64,000 nt of DNA from Vampirovibrionaceae bacterium NZW_1234 (GTDB taxonomy: Bacteria > Cyanobacteriota > Vampirovibrionia > Vampirovibrionales > JAGQHJ01): positions 128,001 through 192,000 of the forward strand of contig JBGUGD010000007.1 in the NCBI GenBank assembly GCA_041697335.1. Direction: 5' to 3'. A model generated the notes under the pieces. That model did not search any database. It worked only from the letters and a program-made list of their open reading frames with translations, and was not told where the DNA came from. Both the position numbers and the translations under genes were made by a program. Shown one piece after another: positions 9,673-18,905 of the stretch; position 1 is the stretch's first letter, and the number at the start of each line of letters is the position of its first letter.

Positions 9673-12312
9673 ATGGAGACTGTCGCAGAAACAGTTGCGC
9701 TTAAACCCCGCTTTGAGATTCAACAGGCTGTGGTTATCGGAGCGGGTGCCATGGGCTCCGGGATTGCCGCTCATTTGGCCAATGCCGGTGTGAATGTTTG
9801 GTTATTGGATATCGTTCCCGAAGGTGCTTCGGACAGAAATGTCATTGCCAACAGTGCCATTCAGCGCATGCTGAAGGCAACCCCCAGTACGGATCCCTTA
9901 AGTGCCGGGTTTATGGAACCCAGTCATGCCCAGCGCATCAAACCCGGCAATATTGAGGATCACCTGGCTGAGGCAGTGGGGGATGCCGATTGGATTGTAG
10001 AAGTCGTCCTGGAAGATCTGCCGACCAAGCGCGAGTTATTTGCAAAGCTGGATGCCCTAAAAAAGCCGGGGGCCATTGTTTCTTCCAATACTTCCACCTT
10101 GCCCTTGAAAGACTTAATTGAAGGACGTTCCTCGGAATTTAAGCGCCAGTTTGCAATAACCCACTTTTTTAATCCCCCGCGCTTTATGCACCTTCTGGAA
10201 GTTGTAGGCGGGGTGGATACCGATCCGGCCGTTGTTGAGGCATTGCGTGATTTTGGTGACGTGCGTCTGGGGAAAAATGTCATTCTCTGCAAAGACACCC
10301 CGGCCTTTATTGCTAACCGCATCGGTATATTTTATATGTTTCGCACTGTGGTGGAGGCTATTGAACAGCAACTCCCTATTGAACAAGTTGATGCCGTTCT
10401 GGGCACACCGATGGGGTATCCCAAAGATGGTATTTTCGGTCTGTTGGACCTGGTTGGGATTGGCATTTTGCCCCATATCTGTGAAAGTCTCCTGAGTACC
10501 TTGCCTCCGGAGGATGCGTTCTGTCGATTAAACCGTGAAAAGACCCTGGAACTGGTTTCGGGACTGATACAGGATGGCCGTACCGGCCGGAAGTCCTCAA
10601 AAGGTGGTTTTTATCGGATGCAGAAACTTCAGGATGGGAAAAAGCAGAAACAAGCCCTGAATTTAAAAACCGGTGACTATTATGATGTTGGCAAGGTCCG
10701 CCTGGAAAGCTTGAAGCGGGCCAAGAAGCTTGGTCCCAAAGCAGTTTTTGAAGCCAACGATGCCATCGGGCGCTTTGCCTGGGTAGTGATGCGGGATACA
10801 TTGTTGTACGCTGCTTCCTTGATCCCCGAAATTGCCGATGATATTGCTGATGTGGATGCGGCCATGCGCGATGGCTACAACGCGAAATGGGGACCCTTTG
10901 AGCTTTTGGATCAGCTTGGCGTCCAATGGTTTTGTGACAAGGTATTGGCTGATGGCCTAGCCTTGCCGCCTTTATTGACCTTGGCCAGTGGTCGGTCTTT
11001 TTATCGAGATTCCAGTGGTACTCGGCAACGCTTGATGTTGGATGAACACGGGGTTTCCGTCTCGTATCAAGCCTTCCCAGACACCCCCGGTGTATTGCGA
11101 TTAGCGGATGTAAAACGCCGTAGCAAGCCTGTTTTATCCCACTATTCAGCCGCTGTGTGGGATATTGGGGATGGGGTCTTGTGTTTTGAATTCCAGTCTA
11201 AGATGAACACTTTGGATCCTTCAATTTTATGGGTTTTAAATCAGACCATTGAATTGATACAAGCTCAGCCGGACTATAAAGCTCTTGTGATTTATAACGA
11301 GGCAAAAAACTTCTCCCTGGGGGCTAACCTGGGACTGATTTATGCGGGTGTACAGGCGGTTCAGTCGCGCTGGTTAAAAAATCTTGGGCTCTCCCACCCG
11401 TTGGCTTCAGCGTTTTACAATCTCGTCAATGCCATGGTGTATCATGGTCAATCGGTTTTTAAGGCGCTTCGGGATGCTCCTTTTCCTGTCGTTGGGGCTC
11501 CCCATGGGATGGCCTTGGGTGGCGGTTGTGAAATCCTGCTTCATTGTGATGCCATTCAAGCCAGTGCGGAGACCTACATGGGGCTGGTGGAAGTGGGTGT
11601 TGGTGTTGTTCCCGGTTGGGGTGGGTGTGTTCGCTTTTTGGAGCGTATGCAACAGTCTCCAGATATCAAGGGTGGCCCCTGTCCTGCTTCTCGGCGTGCT
11701 TTTGAAGCTATTATGATGCCACAGTTATCGGTGAGTACCTCGGCTCACGATGCTTGCCAAAAAGGATGGCTGCGCCCCGGGGATGGGATTACCATGAACC
11801 CGGATCGGTTATTGGCGGAAGCCAAGGCACGTGCTCTTGCAATGGTGGATGAGTATACACCTCCGGAGCCTACGGTGTTTCACTTGCCGGGTCCTGGAGC
11901 CAAGGCCTTATATTCGATGGGAATCGATGATTTTTATGCCAAAGGCGATGCAACCTATGTGGATGTCATGGTGGCCGATGCGCTGTTGGATATTGTGACC
12001 GGCGGGAATACTTACGCCGGTCAGGCGCTGACGGAGAGTGATATTGCCCAATTGGAGCGCGAGCATTTTCTGTCGTTGTTAAAAACCAAGCAAACTCAAG
12101 CACGAATTGCTCATACCTTAAAAACCGGCAAGCCCCTTCGAGAGGACCCTTTAGCGACGAATCCCTCTCTGGACGAGATTCGTGCCACACGGCGAGTAAC
12201 TGCGCTACCCAGGAAAGTGTTGACCGGGCACCCATTAAAAGGTCCTGAAGCGCTCAAGCTTCGGCTTATGGCAGAGATGACGGCGACGCTCTTAAAACAG
12301 GTGGCTCGCTAA
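9673..12312 (+). CDS. 3-hydroxyacyl-CoA dehydrogenase / enoyl-CoA hydratase (FadN-type domain order)
   Basis: GAGAMGSG, SSNTS and HFFNPPR, then a crotonase domain (ALGGGCE, MGLVEVGVG). Confidence 0.92.
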   Translation: METVAETVALKPRFEIQQAVVIGAGAMGSGIAAHLANAGVNVWLLDIVPEGASDRNVIANSAIQRMLKATPSTDPLSAGFMEPSHAQRIKPGNIEDHLAEAVGDADWIVEVVLEDLPTKRELFAKLDALKKPGAIVSSNTSTLPLKDLIEGRSSEFKRQFAITHFFNPPRFMHLLEVVGGVDTDPAVVEALRDFGDVRLGKNVILCKDTPAFIANRIGIFYMFRTVVEAIEQQLPIEQVDAVLGTPMGYPKDGIFGLLDLVGIGILPHICESLLSTLPPEDAFCRLNREKTLELVSGLIQDGRTGRKSSKGGFYRMQKLQDGKKQKQALNLKTGDYYDVGKVRLESLKRAKKLGPKAVFEANDAIGRFAWVVMRDTLLYAASLIPEIADDIADVDAAMRDGYNAKWGPFELLDQLGVQWFCDKVLADGLALPPLLTLASGRSFYRDSSGTRQRLMLDEHGVSVSYQAFPDTPGVLRLADVKRRSKPVLSHYSAAVWDIGDGVLCFEFQSKMNTLDPSILWVLNQTIELIQAQPDYKALVIYNEAKNFSLGANLGLIYAGVQAVQSRWLKNLGLSHPLASAFYNLVNAMVYHGQSVFKALRDAPFPVVGAPHGMALGGGCEILLHCDAIQASAETYMGLVEVGVGVVPGWGGCVRFLERMQQSPDIKGGPCPASRRAFEAIMMPQLSVSTSAHDACQKGWLRPGDGITMNPDRLLAEAKARALAMVDEYTPPEPTVFHLPGPGAKALYSMGIDDFYAKGDATYVDVMVADALLDIVTGGNTYAGQALTESDIAQLEREHFLSLLKTKQTQARIAHTLKTGKPLREDPLATNPSLDEIRATRRVTALPRKVLTGHPLKGPEALKLRLMAEMTATLLKQVAR

Positions 12313-12370
12313 CGGATCAACTGGCAGAGAAAAGTTTAGGCTGGCAGAAGCCCGACACACTTATTCGGGG

Positions 12371-13783
12371 TTACGGATTTTTCGTAAGGAGCATGTGTTT
12401 CAGATAGCGGGGAGCTGCATAAGAGGTTCCCTGTAACACACTGACTGCATTGGGCTTTCCTGAACCATCGGGATCATAGGTGATAGTGCCATGAACATTG
12501 CGGAAATGAAAAAAGCGGTTGAGCTCCATCAGTTCTCCTTGAGCCGGATGAAACTGGATTCCCGGGAGACTGATGATCTCGGCATCACACAGGCGTTTGA
12601 TGAACTGGACCGGGTAGAGTTTCTGAAAAAGCGGGTGAGTCTTTTTTAGGGTATCTAGTGCCGATGCCAAGGCAGGCTGCTCCAATAGCTTAAAGTCACT
12701 GTATTGTGTGCCAATCAATGAGACGAGGGCTTTTACATCATTCGGAGTGGCCAACATGACATTGCTCGAATGTCCTGCATACTGTTTTACGATGGATCCT
12801 TGTCCTGAAACCTCGTGAGGCGAAATATCGGCTTTACCGTCACCATTCATGTCATAACCTTCCAACTGGCCATTCTCATTGTGAACCTCTGTTACGGCAA
12901 GGGTTCCCTGAGCATACCCGTGGACAAGGGCCCGGCTGCCGGAGTAGGGAGTAATTTGGCCTTTTGCATTGGTGGCTCCCACGATATGCGTGCCTTCGGC
13001 AAGTGCAAAGATATTGATATCATCAGGTCCTTCGTTACCGCCTCCGATGGTTACCTTTGGCTTTGGTTGGCATTCGTATAGATATGCCAGCATCAGGTCT
13101 TCAATCCGAGTCGTTGTTTCAAACTGACTCCGATGTTTCTCCAAAAGGAATCTCGATGCGTCAGGCTGGCTTTTTAGAGGACTGACAATATGATGGCGCA
13201 GTGGTTTCAGCTTGCTATTTGATAATAGTGGTTTTGGAAGGTCATCCCGATAGCCGTATTTGAGGAGTTGGCGATTGATTAGGGTACGGGTTGCGTCAGG
13301 TCCATGGTGGTCTCGAATCTGAACGAGTGGGTTTAGGTGTAAGCTGGCCTCGAATTGATTTTGGCGCAGCATGGCCTTATCGCGGAGGGAAAAATTAATG
13401 CCGTCAAAAAATGGGAACGTGTTTCCCAATTTCGAAATAATATCTTCGCATGCCATCTTGATGGCCAAGTGCTCGGGAAATTTTCGAAGGAGCGGCCCGA
13501 TATCATACCGATGGGTTGTGATGGCCTTGTTCTTCAGCTGAGCTTCAACGACTCGTCCATGGCTGATGTCGGGGATTCCATCCCCATCAATGTCCACATG
13601 TTTGGCTTCCAAAGCTGGCACTGACAGGTGTTCTCTTGAAACGCCAGATGAGCTTATAGGGGTTTCCCGGGCCTTGGAAAATTCGTCCACGATTAGGACG
13701 TGGTACTGCTTTCGAGGGCCCATCGTTTTGTTGTTTCCAAAGCGCGGGATTGTTGTTCTTTCAGCGTTAGGGGGCAGGATCAT
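12371..13783 (-). CDS. S8 (subtilisin-like) serine protease with Ca-binding loops and PRFG leader
   Basis: VLIVD, SHG, GGGNEG and QGTSYAAP catalytic motifs; DIDGDG and DMNGDG loops. Confidence 0.75.
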   Translation of the reverse strand: MILPPNAERTTIPRFGNNKTMGPRKQYHVLIVDEFSKARETPISSSGVSREHLSVPALEAKHVDIDGDGIPDISHGRVVEAQLKNKAITTHRYDIGPLLRKFPEHLAIKMACEDIISKLGNTFPFFDGINFSLRDKAMLRQNQFEASLHLNPLVQIRDHHGPDATRTLINRQLLKYGYRDDLPKPLLSNSKLKPLRHHIVSPLKSQPDASRFLLEKHRSQFETTTRIEDLMLAYLYECQPKPKVTIGGGNEGPDDINIFALAEGTHIVGATNAKGQITPYSGSRALVHGYAQGTLAVTEVHNENGQLEGYDMNGDGKADISPHEVSGQGSIVKQYAGHSSNVMLATPNDVKALVSLIGTQYSDFKLLEQPALASALDTLKKTHPLFQKLYPVQFIKRLCDAEIISLPGIQFHPAQGELMELNRFFHFRNVHGTITYDPDGSGKPNAVSVLQGTSYAAPRYLKHMLLTKNP

Positions 13784-13899
13784 CTTGCGGCTTCTTTATG
13801 GTTTTTTCCCTCTGGGTCGGAATGAGATTACAACGCGGGTGAAGGCTGAAAATTGCCTTACCGGTTGAGCCTGGCTCATGGCGCTCATGGACCAAGGGG

Positions 13900-13928
13900 T
13901 TGTCAAAGTCGAAAAACATGTGTATTAT
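13900..13928 (+). promoter_or_regulatory. Sigma70-type promoter
   Basis: TTGTCA-17 nt-TATTAT. Confidence 0.6.
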
Positions 13929-13954
13929 TGCAAATGAGAATCATTATCAATAAG
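13928..13954. promoter_or_regulatory. Fur-like box 1
   Basis: TTGCAAATGAGAATCATTATCAATAAG resembles the GATAATGATAATCATTATC consensus; overlaps the predicted +1; near-identical copy at 24007. Confidence 0.7.
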
Positions 13955-14087
13955 ATGTGAGGCGGTCGTTTTGTAAAGCCGATATTAATGGAATTGGTAG
14001 GGGAAGAGCGGGGCAAGTGGCCGATATGCATGACCCGGTAAGCCTCGCTTGCTTTCCCTTATTTGCAAATAAATCAGGGAGTGTTTC

Positions 14088-14558
14088 ATGTCTCGTTCCA
14101 GGCAACGTTATTACCTGAATTACTTTGAAATTATGGATCCTCCCAGCCGGGAGGCACTCAGTGCAATTTATCATCTTGCGCACGATGCCTCTCAGTCCAT
14201 TGGTCAGCATGTACTTTGTGCCATGCACTATTCGGTCAAGAACCCCGCATTGTTTCGTTTGACCATCCAGAATGTCAGTCTGCGGTTGGCCTTAAAATAT
14301 GCCTATCAGCGAAGTCAAACGCATAAAGTGGCGCAGTTGACCCAAGCGCTGGAGGATTTTCACATTGCGTTGGATGCGTTTATGCTTGGTCTTTCTTTGC
14401 CTGAGGTGGAGCTGATGAGACAAGCTCGTCCCTATGTTCCTTCCTCGGTGCGTCAGCGATCCACCCCGTTTGCGATGGACACCTTGGTTCAATATAAATA
14501 TTTAATGCGCCCATTTTTGCATCGGCTCAAGCAGGCCTTACAACATCAGGCTGCTTAA
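14088..14558 (+). CDS. Hypothetical protein
   Basis: 156 aa ORF with AGGGAG RBS, downstream of the promoter and Fur-like box. Confidence 0.7.
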   Translation: MSRSRQRYYLNYFEIMDPPSREALSAIYHLAHDASQSIGQHVLCAMHYSVKNPALFRLTIQNVSLRLALKYAYQRSQTHKVAQLTQALEDFHIALDAFMLGLSLPEVELMRQARPYVPSSVRQRSTPFAMDTLVQYKYLMRPFLHRLKQALQHQAA

Positions 14559-14671
14559 CACAGGAACAAGGTTATCGGTTTGATATTCACTAGTCTGGCA
14601 ATGGTTTCTTCTTTGAAGACAGATAATCTTGAAAGGAGGAAGAGAGGTTAAATTATGGGAGTTTGATACGT

Positions 14672-14980
14672 ATGGAAAAGATAAACCCTCAGGAGTTTAT
14701 TGCGGAGGCCTGTCCCAATACTCAGGTTGATATTGAAGAAATTGTTCATGTGGTTGAGGTGACCAAGTCCGAAGCCGATGCTGCTGCGGAAAGGGCTGGT
14801 ATTGCAGAGGCTGAGTCTGCCTTTGTCCCTGATGCCGGCATGAAGGAAGTCGAGATGAAGACGGCAATAGCAAAAAAAGAGGCGAACCGGGCTTTGATTG
14901 CTGAAGAGGTTGTGACGACCATTATACAGGCTGTGGTTTGCGAAGAAGAAGACCCCTCGAATCCCTCAAAGCAACAATAA
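14672..14980 (+). CDS. Small acidic hypothetical protein
   Basis: Glu/Ala-rich ORF (track start 14663 TTG; ATG at 14672) followed by a hairpin. Confidence 0.65.
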   Translation: MEKINPQEFIAEACPNTQVDIEEIVHVVEVTKSEADAAAERAGIAEAESAFVPDAGMKEVEMKTAIAKKEANRALIAEEVVTTIIQAVVCEEEDPSNPSKQQ

Positions 14981-15013
14981 TTGGCGCACAGCGTAGAGGT
15001 GTGACACACAGAA

Positions 15014-15047
15014 AAAACGAGGTGTGATAACTATCCCACCTCGTTTT
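15014..15047. terminator. Probable bidirectional intrinsic terminator
   Basis: AAAACGAGGTG / CACCTCGTTTT inverted repeat between convergent genes. Confidence 0.7.
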
Positions 15048-15069
15048 CGTTGCTTTCCTACCTATAGTT

Positions 15070-15981
15070 TTATTTCTTTTTTAAACCCGTAAAGTCGAAG
15101 TTAATGGTATCTGCAGTTTGCCCATTGGTAAATTCGGCAGTGCTGCGACCTTTTTCCTCAACCCCTTTTGTGCCGGTTTGCCCGGGTTTTGTGAGGTTGT
15201 AACCAAAAGACTTAATCCCAGGTTTGCCTCCCGGACCTTCCTCACCAAAGCCCCGAACTTGCTCTTTACCCGTATTTTTATCGTAAGACACAAATTTGAG
15301 GTTTCCGGCCTTGGCTTCGGCCTCGTCCAGTTTGCCATCATTATTTTTATCAAACCCGGACTTTTTAATGGCCTCAGGGTCCTTGGTACTTTGAATTTCA
15401 TCCGCCTGGAACTTGCCGTCGTTATTTTTATCTTCGAACAGCATGTCGTCTTCCCATTTGTTGACTTCTTTTTCGCCCGTGCCGTCATCAATTTTGACTT
15501 TGCCTTTATCGTCACCCAAGAGGGTCATTTTGCCGTCGCCATTAGAATCGACGGCAAAGGGATCGGCCTTGCCTGTGCCGATATCTTGTTTTTGCTGTTC
15601 AGATAAACCGCCCATGGGTTCCCATTGGTCATGATTTTTGGACCATACCCATTCCGTTCCGGGTGGTGGATCTTCTGTCGGTTTCGGCTTGGTCGGGTTA
15701 ATACCGCCAGCGCCACTATCGCCGCCCATGCCGCCAGCATCGGAGGCTTCTTCGCCACCGCCCAGACCGCCGCCTTCACCGAAAATGTCATCTTCTTCAA
15801 AGTCGTTCCACAATGTGTCTGCGTTCACATCGATCTGATCTTGAGGGTCCTCCTCTAAATTGAGCATCATCATCAGGGGATTCATCGACTCACGACGTGC
15901 CCGCAGATCTCTGTTTTGTTGTTGTAAATCTTGTACAAACGCCTCGTCACCACGAGCGCGCATTGCTGCTCCTATTGCCAT
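15070..15981 (-). CDS. Gly/Asp/Lys-rich protein with EF-hand-like Ca-binding loops
   Basis: DSNGDGK, DKNNDGKFQADE and DKNNDGKLDEAE; Gly-rich linker. Confidence 0.75.
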   Translation of the reverse strand: MAIGAAMRARGDEAFVQDLQQQNRDLRARRESMNPLMMMLNLEEDPQDQIDVNADTLWNDFEEDDIFGEGGGLGGGEEASDAGGMGGDSGAGGINPTKPKPTEDPPPGTEWVWSKNHDQWEPMGGLSEQQKQDIGTGKADPFAVDSNGDGKMTLLGDDKGKVKIDDGTGEKEVNKWEDDMLFEDKNNDGKFQADEIQSTKDPEAIKKSGFDKNNDGKLDEAEAKAGNLKFVSYDKNTGKEQVRGFGEEGPGGKPGIKSFGYNLTKPGQTGTKGVEEKGRSTAEFTNGQTADTINFDFTGLKKK

Positions 15982-16211
15982 AAATTATACCCACCTGTTA
16001 ACTAACCTACCTATATCCAATCTTAAATATAACAGTAAAAAAACAATTATTTAAAATGTGATGGATTTTTTTTAGACCTATAAAAAAAATATTAATGTAC
16101 GCGTAGGTCACTAGAGCTTAAAGCATTGTTCTTAGCGGGTTTGCTTTGCGTTCATCGAAATCGGTAGTGACATGATAGGCTAATGAAATTCAAGCGGTGA
16201 CCGTATTTAAA

Positions 16212-17420
16212 TCACACCACTCGTGCAGGTTCCCAGAAATCATTCTGGTTGACTTGATGTGTCACTTGGTCCAGTGCTTTGGAAATATCCTGGATCAGAT
16301 CCTCCGCTGCCTCCAGGCCGACGGAGATGCGAAGGAGTTGGTCCGATATTCCCGCTGTTCTTCGGGCTTCTGGGTCCATGGCGGCATGGGTCATGGTGGC
16401 CGGGTGGGCAATGAGGCTCTCAACGCCACCCAATGACTCGGCGAGACTAAAAAGCTCTAAGGCATTTATGAACGAGATGATTTCATCATCACCGCCAATG
16501 AGCTCAAAACTCACCATGCCGCCATAGCCTTTTTGTTGCCGACATGCCAAAAGATGGTTCGGGTGGCTGTTTAGACCTGGATAGTAGACTTTATGTACTG
16601 CAGGGTGTTCCTCCAGAAGTCGTGCAATTTGCAGCGCGCTGGCTTCTTGTTGTCGAATGCGAATATCCAGTGTACGAATTCCGCGTAAGGTTAGATAGCT
16701 GTCAAAGGGTGCACCTGTATTCCCGATACAGTTACTCCACCAGGAAAACAGTTGATGTAATTCCGGGGTTTTCGACACCACTGCCCCACCGACAACATCG
16801 CTGTGGCCATTGATATATTTGGTTGTGGAGTGAACAACAATATCGACCCCCAGATTTAGAGGTTGCTGAAGGGTGGGTGATAAAAATGTATTATCTGCAG
16901 CGCATAACGTTTTGTATGGTTTGGCCAGACGGGTTACGGCCTGAATATCCGTTAAGCGTAATAAGGGGTTACTTGGGGTTTCGATGAGGAGTAGTTTTGG
17001 GGCTTCCCGTTCAAATTCTTGATTTAAGGCTTCCAGGTTGGTTAAGTCCACAAATTTAACCCGGAAATACCCTCGTTCGGCTTTATGTTTCAATAATCGA
17101 TAGGTTCCGCCATAACAGTCATGAGGCGCAAAGATAAGTTCTCCTGGTTCTACGGCATAGAACAGGAGATCGAGCGCTGCCATGCCAGATGCCGTGAGCA
17201 CGGCGCCAAACCCGCCCTCTAAGTTGGCAATGGTTTGAGCGGCATCATCACGTGTGGGGTTTCCGCTTCTGGTGTAGTCATAAGGGCGTTTGCCTTTAAA
17301 CCCGTCAAACGTAAAGTTGCTTGACAGATACAAGGGCGGTATAACGGCTCCATGAGCCGTGTCGGTTTCCACGGCGGATCGTGCGGCAATGGTTGCGGGT
17401 TGATAGGGACGGACTGTCAT
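16212..17420 (-). CDS. metB: Cystathionine gamma-synthase
   Basis: YTRSGNPTR, ETPSNP, HSTTKYINGHSD (PLP lysine) and AESLGGVESL; adjacent to metX. Confidence 0.92.
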   Translation of the reverse strand: MTVRPYQPATIAARSAVETDTAHGAVIPPLYLSSNFTFDGFKGKRPYDYTRSGNPTRDDAAQTIANLEGGFGAVLTASGMAALDLLFYAVEPGELIFAPHDCYGGTYRLLKHKAERGYFRVKFVDLTNLEALNQEFEREAPKLLLIETPSNPLLRLTDIQAVTRLAKPYKTLCAADNTFLSPTLQQPLNLGVDIVVHSTTKYINGHSDVVGGAVVSKTPELHQLFSWWSNCIGNTGAPFDSYLTLRGIRTLDIRIRQQEASALQIARLLEEHPAVHKVYYPGLNSHPNHLLACRQQKGYGGMVSFELIGGDDEIISFINALELFSLAESLGGVESLIAHPATMTHAAMDPEARRTAGISDQLLRISVGLEAAEDLIQDISKALDQVTHQVNQNDFWEPARVV

Positions 17421-17444
17421 GGTCGGATCCTCTCTGATATCTTG

Positions 17445-18461
17445 CTATCGTGTACCAATAGTGTGATGCGCCAGGATTACCTGACGAAAAATGCTTTCGA
17501 GATAGGGAATTTCTTTTAAGAAGGCATCATGGCCATAAAGCGAATGGTGGGTATAACACTGCTTTTTCATGGGAAGTGCATCATACAGATCAGTGATCGA
17601 TTCAATAGGAACCAGTTGATCGTGTGTGAAGCCAACCACAGTGACAGGCACATGGATTTGTTTGGGATCAACATGATGCAAGTCGATGGATTCGGACAAG
17701 GCAAGGTAACGTTCTGGAGACATTCTTCCAATAAACGCCCGGCCTTGGCTTTGTAAGTATGCTTCCAACTCAGTACGATCGGAAAAGCGTTGGCGAAATT
17801 CCTGAGAGGTTCTGTAGGTCGTCATGCCCAACTCTCTCGCCAGGCTCAACGCTCGATCCGGTTGTTGGGTTTCCATGCCAAAGCGAAGAATTTTTCGCTG
17901 AATACTGCGCCAGGCCGATCCCAACGGATCCGGATGATGGGCCGCACAAAGTACCAGGAGCTCTTGAACTCTCTCTGGAAAGAGTTCGCCAAAACTCAGG
18001 GCCACCATTCCCCCATAGGAGGCCCCGATAAAGGCGGCGAGCTGCTTGATGCCGAAATAATTGCATATCACAGCTGCAATACGGGCTTGATCCGTGGGTG
18101 TCACCGGTAAGTTCAGTGCTGTTGCTTCTGCGTCAGACGGAAAAAACTCAAAGGATAAAATTCGGAATTTGCGGGTATCTAAAGTTTTTTCAGGGCCACA
18201 TAATGCAGACCACCACCCCGACTGTTGGGTTTCTGGATTGGGGGATACGAACCGGTTGGCCGAAATGCCTCCTAAAACACAAAAAACGGGGGCTTTCACA
18301 GGACCCACCAATCGGGCGCGAACAGAAACCGGGAAATCAAAGAGCCCATACTCCAAACGAAGGGGTGTTGGAAGTGTTATCTGGCAATCAATATCCTGAT
18401 AAGATTCTCCAGAATACCAGGATTTTGTTGTCTTGAGTGATGATTTGAGGGCCGTTTTCAT
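17445..18461 (-). CDS. metX: Homoserine O-acyltransferase (MetX alpha/beta hydrolase family)
   Basis: LGGISA, GWW, IGASYGGMVA and YGHDAFL motifs; start probably ATG 18461 after GGAGA (track start 18491). Confidence 0.85.
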   Translation of the reverse strand: MKTALKSSLKTTKSWYSGESYQDIDCQITLPTPLRLEYGLFDFPVSVRARLVGPVKAPVFCVLGGISANRFVSPNPETQQSGWWSALCGPEKTLDTRKFRILSFEFFPSDAEATALNLPVTPTDQARIAAVICNYFGIKQLAAFIGASYGGMVALSFGELFPERVQELLVLCAAHHPDPLGSAWRSIQRKILRFGMETQQPDRALSLARELGMTTYRTSQEFRQRFSDRTELEAYLQSQGRAFIGRMSPERYLALSESIDLHHVDPKQIHVPVTVVGFTHDQLVPIESITDLYDALPMKKQCYTHHSLYGHDAFLKEIPYLESIFRQVILAHHTIGTR

Positions 18462-18550
18462 TGACATTCTCCGTTGAAATGGCTCTTCCATTTTTGGCTT
18501 AGGTTCCGATTTGCCATATCTGGGATTCTGCTGATTAGGGTCATCGTCAT
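18458..18550 (-). CDS. Possible 30 aa small ORF translationally coupled to metX
   Basis: AAGGAAA RBS; MTMTLISRIPDMANRNLSQKWKSHFNGECQ; its TGA overlaps the metX ATG (ATGA). Confidence 0.35.
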   Translation of the reverse strand: MTMTLISRIPDMANRNLSQKWKSHFNGECQ

Positions 18551-18587
18551 TAATTTCCTTTGCATTTTTCTTGAATTAAGAACAGTT

Positions 18588-18622
18588 AAAAGCCCCTCCG
18601 GACGAACTGTCTGGAGGGGCTT
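18588..18622 (-). terminator. Attenuator terminator hairpin upstream of metX-metB
   Basis: Minus-strand AAGCCCCTCCAGAC-AGTTC-GTCCGGAGGGGCTT followed by TTAACTGTTCTT. Confidence 0.8.
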
Positions 18623-18650
18623 GTCAAATCTGATGAGCTTTTGAGTAGGA

Positions 18651-18782
18651 CTAATGCGACAAGAAAGTTCCTCCGGACAGCCTGAACGGCATCGGCATCA
18701 TCATCATCGCCATGGTGGAATGACCCAAGCGCGAAGAAACAACTTGGGAGGGCATGTGTTGAATTGTGGTTAACAACAACAT
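18651..18782 (-). CDS. Met-rich leader peptide of metX-metB (43 aa)
   Basis: MLLLTTIQHMPSQVVSSRLGHSTMAMMMMPMPFRLSGGTFLSH; 6 Met in 8 codons; its 3' part is complementary to the terminator 5' arm. Confidence 0.85.
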   Translation of the reverse strand: MLLLTTIQHMPSQVVSSRLGHSTMAMMMMPMPFRLSGGTFLSH

Positions 18783-18905
18783 CTGTATCTCATTCCAGCC
18801 TAAGGTATTATATAAAAACACTTGATGCGTTTGAGGAACCATCGTTGCAAATTTTCAGGGACTTGTCAAACAAAAATTAAAAAACGTAACAGCCAACTCA
18901 AGCGG

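Noticed and set aside
15860..15875. ATG ATG ATG run as a third Met leader
   Set aside because: It lies inside the 303 aa CDS with no stop or terminator after it; the same applies to the run near 30172 within the GH13 gene.
18783..18842. Longer 63 aa version of the met leader in the ORF track
   Set aside because: The extension covers an AT-rich promoter-like segment (TATAAT); ATG 18782 after GGAATGAG is the more plausible start, though not proven.
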